NCBI GenBank assembly: GCA_030038955.1
Contig: JASHQV010000094.1
Coordinates: 1-40,497 of the forward strand
Source: Solirubrobacteraceae bacterium
GTDB lineage: Bacteria > Actinomycetota > Thermoleophilia > Solirubrobacterales > Solirubrobacteraceae
Direction of reading: 5' to 3'
DNA: 40,497 bases
How positions within the stretch are numbered: position 1 is the stretch's first letter; each line of letters begins with the position of its first letter. Of this stretch, positions 9,001-17,780 are shown one piece after another. The translations under genes were made by a program, and so were the position numbers. The notes beneath the pieces were generated by a model that ran no database searches, was not told the DNA's origin, and saw nothing but the letters and a program-made list of their open reading frames with translations.

Positions 9001-9458
9001 GTCAGCGCGCGGATCACGAAGCTGACGACGATCGCGGTGGCGAAGAAGGTGGCGGTCGCGGCCATGCTCGCGGGGGACAGCATCGCGTTGCCGCTCAGTC
9101 CGTTGCCCGAGGTGCAGCCTCCAGCGAGCTTCGCTCCGTAGCCGATCAGCGCCCCCGACACCAGCAGGATCGGGCCGATCAGCGCTCGCCAGCTGCCGTG
9201 CAGCGAGCGCGTCAGCCAGCCGTAGCCGTGGAAGTCGGGGCCGCCGGCGAGCAGCGCGAACGCGGCCGCTCCCGCGACCACGCCGATCAGCAAGCAGCCG
9301 CGCCAGTCGAACGACAGCGAACCGTGGCGGAGCCTGTCGATCACGTCCGAGTAGCCGCCGGTCACGCCGAGCCGGCCGTTCAGCAGCAGCCGGCAGGCGA
9401 CCACGCACAGGCCCAGCGCGGGCCCAGCCATGTACCAGGGGAGCTGCGCGTGCAGCAC
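8997..9458 (-). CDS. YeeE/YedE-family sulfur transporter subunit (PmpA-like)
   Basis: PWYMAGPALG, GRLGVTG, LIGYGAKLAGGCTSGNG; GTG start just after the MBL gene stop. Confidence 0.85.
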   Translation of the reverse strand: MLHAQLPWYMAGPALGLCVVACRLLLNGRLGVTGGYSDVIDRLRHGSLSFDWRGCLLIGVVAGAAAFALLAGGPDFHGYGWLTRSLHGSWRALIGPILLVSGALIGYGAKLAGGCTSGNGLSGNAMLSPASMAATATFFATAIVVSFVIRALT

Positions 9459-9462
9459 GGCG

Positions 9463-10869
9463 TCACGCTGCGGCCGACGCCGGTATGCGGCCGCGTTCGA
9501 GGTGGACGCCGAGCGCGCCAAGCCGCGGCACGCCGCCGCCGACGACATGGATCACGTGGCGCGCGCCGTGGCGCTGGAGCAGGCTGGCGGCGGTCGTGGC
9601 CCGCTGCCCGGAGCTGCAGATCACCGCGATCGGCCTGGCGGGATCGAGGCCGTCGGGGATCGCGTCGATGTCGTGCCAGGTCTGCAGCACGGCGCCGGCG
9701 ATGTAGCCGGACTCCCACTCGCCTGGATCGCGGACGTCGAGCAGCTGCAGGTCGGGCTGGGCGGCAAGGCGGTCCGGTAGTGCGTCGACCGGCAGGCGCT
9801 CGGTCCGCGTCACCGGACGCTTCTCCTGATGCCAGCTCGTCATCCCGCCGTGCAGGTACCCAGCCAGCCTGCGGATGCCGACGGCGAGCGCCAGCTTGCC
9901 GGCGCGGCGACCGTCGTCGTCGTCGCGGCCGATGAACACGACCTCCTGCCGATCGGCGGTCACCCACGCCAGCTTCGTGCCGAAGCCGGCGCGCAGGATT
10001 GGGTTGGCGAGCGCCCCTTCGATGTGGGCGTCGTCGAACTGCCGGTCGCTGCGCACGTCCACCAGCAGCGCGCCGCCCCGCTGCCTCTGCTCCAGCTGGC
10101 GCGGCGCCAGCGCCGTCAGCTCGACGCCGTCGGTCAGCAGCGGTCCCCGGTTGAGCTCGACGATCGCCTTGAACTTCGGCGGCTGTGGCCCGAGCTTGGC
10201 GAGCGCCGCCGTCACGAACTCGTCCTCGGAGAGGATCGCCAGCGTCGGGTTATGGGCGCGCTCGTAGCCGATCGTCGAGCAGATCTTCATGTCCATCCCC
10301 GGCCCGCCGCACATCGAGCCGCCGAGATGGCCGGGCCACACCTCCACCTCGGCGCCCAGCGTCAGCAGTCGATCGTGGAGCGAGCGGAAGATCCCGCGGG
10401 CGCCCTCCGACTTCTCCACCGCCAGATCAGGCCGGGCGATGTCGCCGACAAACAGCGTGTCGCCCGACAGCACCGCCCACGGCTCACTGCCGCGGTGACC
10501 GTCGATCAGCGCGAACGCGGTGTGCTCGGGGCGGTGTCCGGGCGTGTGCAGCGCCCGTACCGTGAGCGCGCCGAGCGCGAACTCGTCGCCGTCGTCGAAC
10601 GGCACGTGCTCGTAGTCGGGGCTGGCGGCGCGGTGGATGTGGATCGTCGCGCCGGTGGCGGCCGCCAGCCGGCCGTGGCCGGAGACGTGGTCGGCGTGGT
10701 TGTGGGTCTCGAAGATGTGCTCGATCGTGACGCCCATGTAGCGCGCGAGATCGAGGTACTCGTCGATCTCGAAGCGGGGGTCGACGACGGCGGCGACGCC
10801 AGCCTGCTCGTCGCCGATCAGATACGAGGCACAGCCGAGATCGTCATGTGTGATCTGGCGAAAGATCAT
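9463..10869 (-). CDS. MBL-fold persulfide dioxygenase/rhodanese fusion (CstB-like)
   Basis: GCASYLIG, ETHNHADH, HTPGH, GDTLFVGDIARPDL; two rhodanese domains, the last with an active loop CSSGQR. Confidence 0.9.
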   Translation of the reverse strand: MIFRQITHDDLGCASYLIGDEQAGVAAVVDPRFEIDEYLDLARYMGVTIEHIFETHNHADHVSGHGRLAAATGATIHIHRAASPDYEHVPFDDGDEFALGALTVRALHTPGHRPEHTAFALIDGHRGSEPWAVLSGDTLFVGDIARPDLAVEKSEGARGIFRSLHDRLLTLGAEVEVWPGHLGGSMCGGPGMDMKICSTIGYERAHNPTLAILSEDEFVTAALAKLGPQPPKFKAIVELNRGPLLTDGVELTALAPRQLEQRQRGGALLVDVRSDRQFDDAHIEGALANPILRAGFGTKLAWVTADRQEVVFIGRDDDDGRRAGKLALAVGIRRLAGYLHGGMTSWHQEKRPVTRTERLPVDALPDRLAAQPDLQLLDVRDPGEWESGYIAGAVLQTWHDIDAIPDGLDPARPIAVICSSGQRATTAASLLQRHGARHVIHVVGGGVPRLGALGVHLERGRIPASAAA

Positions 10870-10999
10870 TAGCGCCCCCTTCGGTCTCGGGCTTCGATGA
10901 TCGCGAACGGCGCGTCCATCGCTTGCGCGCACACGCTTGGCGCGCACACGATCGTACATCGGGCTTTCGCATGCGTCCGGCCCTGAGACCGTGGCTGAC

Positions 11000-11251
11000 T
11001 CGGTGTTCAGCTCGGCGGCGCCGTCCTGTGGCGCGCAGCAGCTCGTCGTCGTCGCCCAGCGAGTAGGCGCCGGCGCGGGGCAGCTCGTTGTCGCCCAGCG
11101 AGTGGGCGCAGGCGCGGGGCAGCGGCAACTCGCCGTCGCAGTGCAGCACGGTGAGGGCGTTGTCGTGGCGGATCAGCGGCGGCTGTCGGCGCGCTGCCAG
11201 CGCCGCCACGAGCGGCTCCGTCCAGAAGTGCTGGTGGGCGTCGACGAGCAT
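11000..11251 (-). pseudogene. N-terminal fragment of an amidohydrolase-family protein
   Basis: RBS GAGGGAG then MLVDAHQHFWTEPLVAALAARR (DxHxH metal motif); degenerates into tandem repeats after ~45 codons. Confidence 0.6.
11039..11119. repeat. 2 x ~39-42 bp tandem repeat
   Basis: CAGCTCGT..GTCGCCCAGCGAGT(A/G)GGCGC(C/A)GGCGCGGGG twice; encodes LPRA(C/G)A(H/Y)SLGD(N/D). Confidence 0.8.
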
Positions 11252-11496
11252 CTCCCTCGACATACTACACAAGATCAATGTAGTTTATTAAGTTCTTCGA
11301 TATGGAATTCCCGTGCCAGCTTCGAGCGCGCTGTTCGGGGTATCCACCCGTTCGCTACAGCGGCGGTAGCCGGCGAGCGCGCTGCGGGAAATCCGCATCT
11401 GCGGATGCGAGCTTCGCCGTCGCCGCGGCGTGCCTTCTCCCGATGGCGCCGCAGCGGCCGGTTGCGAGACTTGCCATCGACTTGGAAGTGACGAAC

Positions 11497-11769
11497 ATGA
11501 GCCCCGAACTGTTGACGTCGATGCGCGAGTTGAACAGCCGCCAGAGCAACGGCGTGCTCGTCCGGCTGCTGTGGTGCCAGGACGATGATCGTGTGTTCGT
11601 CGCCGTCAACGACCACCGGACGGGTGAGGCGTTCTCGGTCGAGGTTCCCGCGGGCGAGCCGCCGCTGCAGGTGTTTGACCATCCGTACGTCTACGGGGAA
11701 CCGCAACGGGCCGAAGTCGACGTCGGCGCCCACGTAAGGGTTCGCGCGAGCACGGGTGGCAGGATTTGA
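11497..11769 (+). CDS. Small hypothetical protein
   Basis: MSPELLTSMRELNSRQSNGVLVRLLW...VAVNDHRTGEAFSVEV...FDHPYVY reads as a compact beta-rich domain with host-like codon use. Confidence 0.7.
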   Translation: MSPELLTSMRELNSRQSNGVLVRLLWCQDDDRVFVAVNDHRTGEAFSVEVPAGEPPLQVFDHPYVYGEPQRAEVDVGAHVRVRASTGGRI

Positions 11770-11924
11770 CGGAGTGGCTGGGCGTGGAATCGATCCCACC
11801 CGCCTGGACCGTGACACGAGACGTACTGGCTGTACGGCGGTGTCATGGCCGGGCGGGTGGGCGGGGCCAAGTCCGCGTCCAGACGCCGTCAAAGACGTCG
11901 ATAATGCTCGCGCGAGCGCTGACC

Positions 11925-12905
11925 TCACTGGCGAGATGATCGCCGTCGCCGGCGTGGCCGCAGCGAGCTGGCGCGCGCCCGCAAGCGGGCGCGCGCCTTG
12001 CGCCGCCGCAGCCTGCGCGGCTCGACCTTCCTGACCAGCCGCGGCCTGCGCGGCTCGACGTTGCCGAGCAGGCGTCGCCGGCGCGGCGTGGCTTTGCCGA
12101 GCAGCGGCCGCTGGCTGCGGCGCCCGAGTCGCCGTCTGGCAAGCAACCCCCCACCGATCCCGACGGCCGCCAGCCCCGCGGTGATCAGCCCCGGCCTGGC
12201 GCTGAGGCGACCGTATTCCTCCTGAACGGCAGGCCACACGAGCTCGTCGATCAGCTGCGCGCCGGCGTCGGCGCCGAGCGAGCCCTGGGGCCGGACTGGG
12301 GGGAGGAACGCAAGCTGCACGCGCCGCAGCTGCGGCAGCGCGCCGCGCCACAGGTGTGAGGTGCCGGTGATCGCTGCGGGCACGATCGGAGCACCCGTCT
12401 CGAGCGCAAGCCTGCCGGCGCCATGGTGCGGCGACCCCAGCACGTCGGGCTGCTCGACGCGGGTGCCTTCGGGGAAGATCACCACCAGCTCGCCCGCCGC
12501 GAGCAGCGCCCGCGCCGTCTCGAGCGCCTCGGCGTCGGCCTCGCCGCGGCGCACGGGAAACGCCCCCAGCCGCGGCAGCAGCCACGCCAGCGGGCCCTTG
12601 AACAGCTCGATCTTCGTCATGTAGTGGACGTGCCGGCGCGTCGCGATCCCGACGAAGAACGGGTCCAGGAAGTTCTTGTGGTTGGGAGCGATGATCGCCG
12701 GTCCCTCGGCGGGGATCTGCTCGGGGCCCGAGACTCGGATGCGGAACCACAGCCTCAGCGCGATCAGTGCCGTTGCGCGTACCGGTGCGTACACGCGTGG
12801 GGCGAGGCCGTGCTCGCGCGCGAATGCGTGTGCGCGCTGCTCACCGTGTTCAGCGTGCTCGGTGTGCGCTTGCTGCTCGGCCGGTGGGCTTGGGGGCGTG
12901 CTCAA
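11925..12905 (-). CDS. Lysophospholipid/1-acylglycerol-3-phosphate acyltransferase (PlsC family)
   Basis: NHKNFLD (HX4D), GAFPVRRG, IFPEGTR, APIVP; Arg-rich repeated tail. Confidence 0.9.
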   Translation of the reverse strand: MSTPPSPPAEQQAHTEHAEHGEQRAHAFAREHGLAPRVYAPVRATALIALRLWFRIRVSGPEQIPAEGPAIIAPNHKNFLDPFFVGIATRRHVHYMTKIELFKGPLAWLLPRLGAFPVRRGEADAEALETARALLAAGELVVIFPEGTRVEQPDVLGSPHHGAGRLALETGAPIVPAAITGTSHLWRGALPQLRRVQLAFLPPVRPQGSLGADAGAQLIDELVWPAVQEEYGRLSARPGLITAGLAAVGIGGGLLARRRLGRRSQRPLLGKATPRRRRLLGNVEPRRPRLVRKVEPRRLRRRKARARLRARASSLRPRRRRRSSRQ

Positions 12906-13217
12906 TCGCGCCCACCGTACTCGCTGCGGATCGCTGCTGCGCTCGGCCTCGTGGGCCGCTGGTGCGCTCAGGCGACCGTGGGGGTGAGCTGCTCGTTGAT
13001 GTTCGGGGCGCTCACGCGGCCGCCTCTGATCACCGCGATCCGCTGCGCGCGCCGTGCGACGGTGCTGTCGTGGATCGCAGCGGCTCGCCGGAAGTGGAAC
13101 CGCTGCGGCCCGTCCGTACCCGCGGTGGCGGTTTTGCTCTGCTCACGGTCATGTCAGTGCCGATCCCGTAGAGGGAGTGCAACACGTCTCCTGAGACGAC
13201 TCGACCCAGGCCGACGC
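12256..13217. repeat. Left copy of a decayed direct repeat (plsC part, ABC ATPase 3' end, permease fragment)
   Basis: 12256-12356 ~ 32011-32111; 12699-12817 ~ 32114-32232; 12920-13073 = 32228-32381 (154 bp, identical by eye); ~13078-13217 ~ 34269-34404. Confidence 0.92.
12968..13217 (-). pseudogene. Fused remnants of the ABC ATPase C-terminus and permease N-terminal region
   Basis: Matches 32276-32381 and ~34269-34404 with ~1.9 kb removed, plus a 5-bp duplication (TGCTC) and a 1-bp deletion. Confidence 0.85.
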
Positions 13218-13271
13218 TGTGCAGCCGCGGCTGTTTGCCTGGAGGCGGTGGTTGGCGGGGGTTGAGGCCGG

Positions 13272-14153
13272 TCAGGCAGCGGCGGCTGCGACGGGAGCTT
13301 CGAGCGCCTGCTCGGCCCCGAGCGCCATCGACTCGCGTCGGCTCACGATCCGGTACGCGAGCAGGCCGAGCCCGACTCCGAGCAGCGTTACCAGCACCAT
13401 GATCGTTGCGGTCGCGTTGAGCGCCGGTGTCGCTTGGCCGCGGGCGTTGTTGTAGATCAGCATCGGCACGGTCTGGGTGCTCCCGTTCGATGACATGTAC
13501 TGAGTGATCACGAAGTCATCGATCGAGATCGCGAACGCGACGATCGCGCTGGCGACGATCGCGGGCTCGAGCAGCGGGCCGAGCGCCAGCGCGAACGCCT
13601 TGAGCGGGTTTGCCCCGAGGTCGAGCGCAGCCTCCTCGTAAGTGATCGGGATTGCAGCTAGCCGGCCACGCGTGATCACGATCACGAACGGGAGCGAGAA
13701 CGTGACCTGGCCGACGACCTGGGCGACCGTCCCGAGGTGCACGAACTTGACCACGGTGGTGAGCAGCACGAACAGGCTGACCGCTAGCACCAGCTCCGGC
13801 ACGACCAGCGGCAACGAGGCGAGCAGGCTGATCGGGCGCGAGCCGGCGCCGCGCCAGCGGCTGAGGAAGATTGCGAGTGCGACGCCGAGCGGGACCGCGA
13901 TCACGACGTCGAGCAGTGCCAGCTTGAACGACTGCTCGAGCGCGCCGCGATAGATCGAGTCGTGCAGCACCGAACTCGCGCCGCTGACCCACCAGCGCGT
14001 GGAGAAGCCCTGCCACACGCTACGCGACCGACCCGCGTTGAACGAGAACGCCATCGCGATCACCGCCGGCCCGAGCGACCACGCCAGGTACAGGCAGGTG
14101 AAGCCCCCGAGGAGGTAGGCGGGCAGCCTGCGCCGCCGATCTCGCGCGGTCAT
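13272..14153 (-). CDS. ABC permease, PotC-like
   Basis: FSFN...WQGFSTRWW, EEAALDLGAN (EAA loop), SIDDFVIT. Confidence 0.9.
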   Translation of the reverse strand: MTARDRRRRLPAYLLGGFTCLYLAWSLGPAVIAMAFSFNAGRSRSVWQGFSTRWWVSGASSVLHDSIYRGALEQSFKLALLDVVIAVPLGVALAIFLSRWRGAGSRPISLLASLPLVVPELVLAVSLFVLLTTVVKFVHLGTVAQVVGQVTFSLPFVIVITRGRLAAIPITYEEAALDLGANPLKAFALALGPLLEPAIVASAIVAFAISIDDFVITQYMSSNGSTQTVPMLIYNNARGQATPALNATATIMVLVTLLGVGLGLLAYRIVSRRESMALGAEQALEAPVAAAAA

Positions 14154-15055
14154 GCGTTCACCTCCCGGAGCGCGCGGGCCGAGCTGCGCACGTAGTAGGC
14201 CAACAGCAGCGTCAGGAACACGAGCAGCCAGATCGCCAGCGCGGCCGCGGTCACCTGCTCGACCGTGCTATTCGCGTACACGTTGATCAGGTTGCCAATC
14301 ATGCTCGTGCGCGGGCTGCCGGACACGAGATCGTTGGTGAAGAAGTCGCCGGTCATCGGCAGTCCCACCAGCACCACGCCCGCGAGGATGCCCTGGGTCG
14401 ACAGGGGCAGGGTCACGGTCAGGAACGTCTTGAACGCATTCGCGCCGAGGTCCGCGGCCGCCTCCAGGTAGCGCGTGTCGAGGCGGTCGAGCGCCGCGTA
14501 CAGCGGCAGGATGAAGTACGGAACCCAGCCGTAGATCAGCGCGATCACGACCGTGCTCGGCCGGCCGCCAAGCCAGTTCACCGGACCGCCGATGATGCCG
14601 AGCGTGTTCAACATCTGGTTGACATAGCCGTTCGGCGCGAGCAGGCCTACCCACGCCAGCATCCTCAGCATGTAGCTGACCAGCAGCGGCAGCACGAGCA
14701 GGGCGAGGATGATCGGCTTCGAGCGCCTGGCGCGGATCGCGACGAAGTAGGCGACCGGGTAGCCGATCAGCACGCAGCCGAGGACCGCGAGCCCGACGTA
14801 CACGAGCGTTCGCGACACGACCGGCCAGTACTGGCCTCCGGGCAGCAGCGCGGACCCGACGTGGAGTAGGTTCGTGAAGCTCCAGTGCGCCGGGCTCCAG
14901 GCCGGCTCGGGCAGGAACAGGAGCGGGTTGGTCCTGCCGACGGAAGTCGAGAACAGGCCGTAGATCGATACCGCCACGAACACCGCGACCCATGCGAAGC
15001 CGGGCAGCCCGAGTGCCGCGAGCTGGCGGCGCGGATAGATCGACGTGCTGCTCAC
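14150..15055 (-). CDS. ABC permease, PotB-like
   Basis: IGYPVAY, PYFILPLYAALDRLD..LEAAADLGAN, TLPLS, MIGNLI. Confidence 0.9.
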   Translation of the reverse strand: MSSTSIYPRRQLAALGLPGFAWVAVFVAVSIYGLFSTSVGRTNPLLFLPEPAWSPAHWSFTNLLHVGSALLPGGQYWPVVSRTLVYVGLAVLGCVLIGYPVAYFVAIRARRSKPIILALLVLPLLVSYMLRMLAWVGLLAPNGYVNQMLNTLGIIGGPVNWLGGRPSTVVIALIYGWVPYFILPLYAALDRLDTRYLEAAADLGANAFKTFLTVTLPLSTQGILAGVVLVGLPMTGDFFTNDLVSGSPRTSMIGNLINVYANSTVEQVTAAALAIWLLVFLTLLLAYYVRSSARALREVNA

Positions 15056-15074
15056 CGCCAGGCTGCCGCCGCGA

Positions 15075-16403
15075 TCAGGACGACGCGCCCGAGGACAGCG
15101 TCGCGAACGCCGTCGCGAACCACTTGTTCTGGGCGGCGGTCGGGATCGGGTTCGGAAGGCCGTTGGCCGCCATCTCCGGCGTCACCCACACCAGGTCGAG
15201 GATGTACGGGTCGGCGACTTTCGCCGCCTTCAGCCCGCCCAGCGACAGCGTGCGGAGCGGCTGCTGGTAGCCGACGTCCTTGTAGTTCTGGATTGCGTTC
15301 TCCTCTTGCAGGAAGTGGTTCATCCACATGTGCGCGAGGACCGGGTTCTTGCTCGTCTTCGGGATCGACCAGAAGTCATTGTTGACCGAGCCCCGGCCGT
15401 TCGATGGGAACCAGTAGCTGATCGACTTCACCGGCGTGCCCGACGGCAGGTAGTCGGGGATCAGGATCACGTCGCCGTTCCAGGCCTGCGATAGCACCTC
15501 AGTACCGGTACCGAGCGGCTGGAAGGCCGTGTACTGGAGCTTCGCGCCCTTGGAGACGAGCTGCTGCAGGTCGCTCAGGGCGGTGCTCACCTGCGCCTGG
15601 GTGACCGAGCTGAAGTCTGTGATCCCGCGGCGCAGCAATGCGAGCGACAGCGGGTCGAACTGGTCGGCATTCTGGAGCCCGATCTTGCCGTTGTCGCCGG
15701 TGGCGGTCCAGAACACGTCCCATGGATTCGACATCGATGCGGGGTCGATCTTGATCAGATCGTTGCGCCAGGCGATGCCGGTCGTCCAGACGTAGTTCGG
15801 GATCGTGTAGCGGGCACCGGGGTCGTACCACGGGCTGTGGAACGAGGGCAGCGCGTTGGCGAGGTTTGGGAGGTAGGAGTGGTTGATTGGCTGGATCAGC
15901 TTCGCCGCCACGTAGTTCGGGAGCTGCTCCACGACCGGGACCCACACATCGGCCGCGATCGCGCCCGTGGTCAGCTTCTTGACTGCCTCGTTGATGCTCG
16001 AGTACGTGGTCAGTTGGACCTGGACCCCGTACCGCTGCTCGAAGCTCTTGACGACCGACGGGCTCAGGTAGGTACCCCAGTCGAACACGATCAGCGGACC
16101 CTTCTCGGGCTTCAGGCCGGAGGCGATCCCGTGGTTGCCCGAGTAGATCGGAAGCTGGACCGGGTGGTCCTTAGTCGCGATCGGGATCCCGCCGATACCG
16201 ATCGCCGCCGAGCTGGTGCTGGCCGTCTGGGAAGGGCTCGAGTTCGAACTCGAGCTAGAACTGCCGCAGGCCGCCAGTATGCTCGCCGCGCTCGACGCAG
16301 CGACTGCGCCGCCGGCAGCCCGCGCCAGCATCGATCGCCGGGTCAACCGGCCGGACTGCTCGTCACCGAATCGGCTGTCGCCGTCAGCTCGCTGCTCGGA
16401 CAT
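15075..16403 (-). CDS. Polyamine-type ABC substrate-binding lipoprotein (PotD/PotF-like), Tat-exported
   Basis: LTRRSML twin-arginine signal, LAAC lipobox, DWGTYL, YDPGARYTIP..W.TTGI, QAWNGD, KNPVLAHMWMN. Confidence 0.88.
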   Translation of the reverse strand: MSEQRADGDSRFGDEQSGRLTRRSMLARAAGGAVAASSAASILAACGSSSSSSNSSPSQTASTSSAAIGIGGIPIATKDHPVQLPIYSGNHGIASGLKPEKGPLIVFDWGTYLSPSVVKSFEQRYGVQVQLTTYSSINEAVKKLTTGAIAADVWVPVVEQLPNYVAAKLIQPINHSYLPNLANALPSFHSPWYDPGARYTIPNYVWTTGIAWRNDLIKIDPASMSNPWDVFWTATGDNGKIGLQNADQFDPLSLALLRRGITDFSSVTQAQVSTALSDLQQLVSKGAKLQYTAFQPLGTGTEVLSQAWNGDVILIPDYLPSGTPVKSISYWFPSNGRGSVNNDFWSIPKTSKNPVLAHMWMNHFLQEENAIQNYKDVGYQQPLRTLSLGGLKAAKVADPYILDLVWVTPEMAANGLPNPIPTAAQNKWFATAFATLSSGASS

Positions 16404-16418
16404 CGAGGTGCTCCTTGA

Positions 16419-17780
16419 CTAGGGCGTCATGCTCGGACGCTCAGGGGACGTGGTAGTGGTGATCGGGTTCGTGCTGCTGATCAGCTGTCGGTGGGCCCAA
16501 GCCGCGAGTAGCAGCAGCTCGTCGTCGCGATGCCGCACCCCGATCAGCTGCACCCCCAGCGGGAGACCCTCCTTGCTACGTGCGACCGGCAGCGTCACCG
16601 TGGGCAGCGTCAGCGCCTGCCACGGGCGGCTCGCGTGAGGCGAGCCGGTGGCGCGTCCGCGAGGTGCCACGCCTGGCGCGGCCGGCGCGATGATCGCGTC
16701 GACCGACGCCAAGCTCGCGTCCACGCGTGTGCCAGCGCTGATCACGCGCTCCCGCGCAGCGCCATACGCATCGGGGCTGATCTGCCAGCCCCTGTCGATC
16801 AGCTCGCGGAGCTGGGGGCTGACGCCGTCGGACTGCTCGAGCACCCAGGGCATCTCGCGCGCGGCCTCGAACGCCATGATCTGCTCGTGAGCGGCCACCA
16901 GGTCGCCGAGAGCGCCGTCGAGATCGAGTTGCTGGACGCTCGCGCCCGCGGCCTCGAGCACGCCAGCGAAGCCGTTGACGGCGGCGATCATGTCCTCGTC
17001 GATCGGCCCGGTCGCCGTGCCGTCGGTGACGGCCAGCCGGGCATGCGGGGTCTTGAGCACCTGGCCAGACTGCTCGATTGCGCGCCCGTCGGCGAGGATC
17101 CTGCGGACGAGCAGCACGTCCTCGACGCTGCGCGCGAGGATGCCCAGGGTGTCGAGCGACGGGCTCAGCGGGTGGACGCCCGTCAGCGGGAGCTCGCCGC
17201 TGCTCGCGACGTAACCGATGCAGCCACAGTAGGCCGCGGGCCGGATCACCGATCCGGCTGTCTGAGCACCGAGCGCGAGCGGCACCATGCCGTCCGCGAC
17301 CGCGGCTGCCGAACCGCTCGAGGAGCCACCCGGTGAACGCTCCGCGTCGTGCGGGTTGACGGTCTTGCCGGGCGCGAAGTACGCGAACTCGGTCGCCACG
17401 GTCTTGCCGGCGATCACGCCACCGGCGCGCCGCAGCAGTGCTACCGGCGCCGCATCCGTGGCGGGCCGGTGCCCGAGATACAGCGCCGAGCCGTACTCAG
17501 TCGGCATGTCGCCGGTGTCGATCGTGTCCTTGATTCCGCACATCAGGCCGCGCAGCGCGGACGTCGGTGCCGCGGCCCGGACCCGCGCGAGAATCTCGTC
17601 CTCCTGCTCGAGCCACTGCCATGCGCCAACCACGGGCTCGCGCGCGGCGATTCGATCCAGGCATGCCCGGGCGATCTCCTCGGCGCTGCACTCGCCTCGG
17701 TCGATCGCATCGAGTGCGTCGACGACCGTGAGTTGGTTCAGTGCCTCGGACCGATCGCGTCCGTTCGGAGCGGCGCTCAC
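16419..17780 (-). CDS. Amidase-signature family amidase
   Basis: GIKD (Lys), GKTVATEFA, PGGSSSGSAAAVA, GAQTAGSVIRPAAYCG; Ser-cisSer-Lys triad intact. Confidence 0.92.
   Translation of the reverse strand: MSAAPNGRDRSEALNQLTVVDALDAIDRGECSAEEIARACLDRIAAREPVVGAWQWLEQEDEILARVRAAAPTSALRGLMCGIKDTIDTGDMPTEYGSALYLGHRPATDAAPVALLRRAGGVIAGKTVATEFAYFAPGKTVNPHDAERSPGGSSSGSAAAVADGMVPLALGAQTAGSVIRPAAYCGCIGYVASSGELPLTGVHPLSPSLDTLGILARSVEDVLLVRRILADGRAIEQSGQVLKTPHARLAVTDGTATGPIDEDMIAAVNGFAGVLEAAGASVQQLDLDGALGDLVAAHEQIMAFEAAREMPWVLEQSDGVSPQLRELIDRGWQISPDAYGAARERVISAGTRVDASLASVDAIIAPAAPGVAPRGRATGSPHASRPWQALTLPTVTLPVARSKEGLPLGVQLIGVRHRDDELLLLAAWAHRQLISSTNPITTTTSPERPSMTP

Noticed and set aside
11275-12750. 491-aa minus-strand ORF
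   Set aside because: Alternative frame over plsC and antisense to the small protein; Arg/Ala-rich with no motifs.
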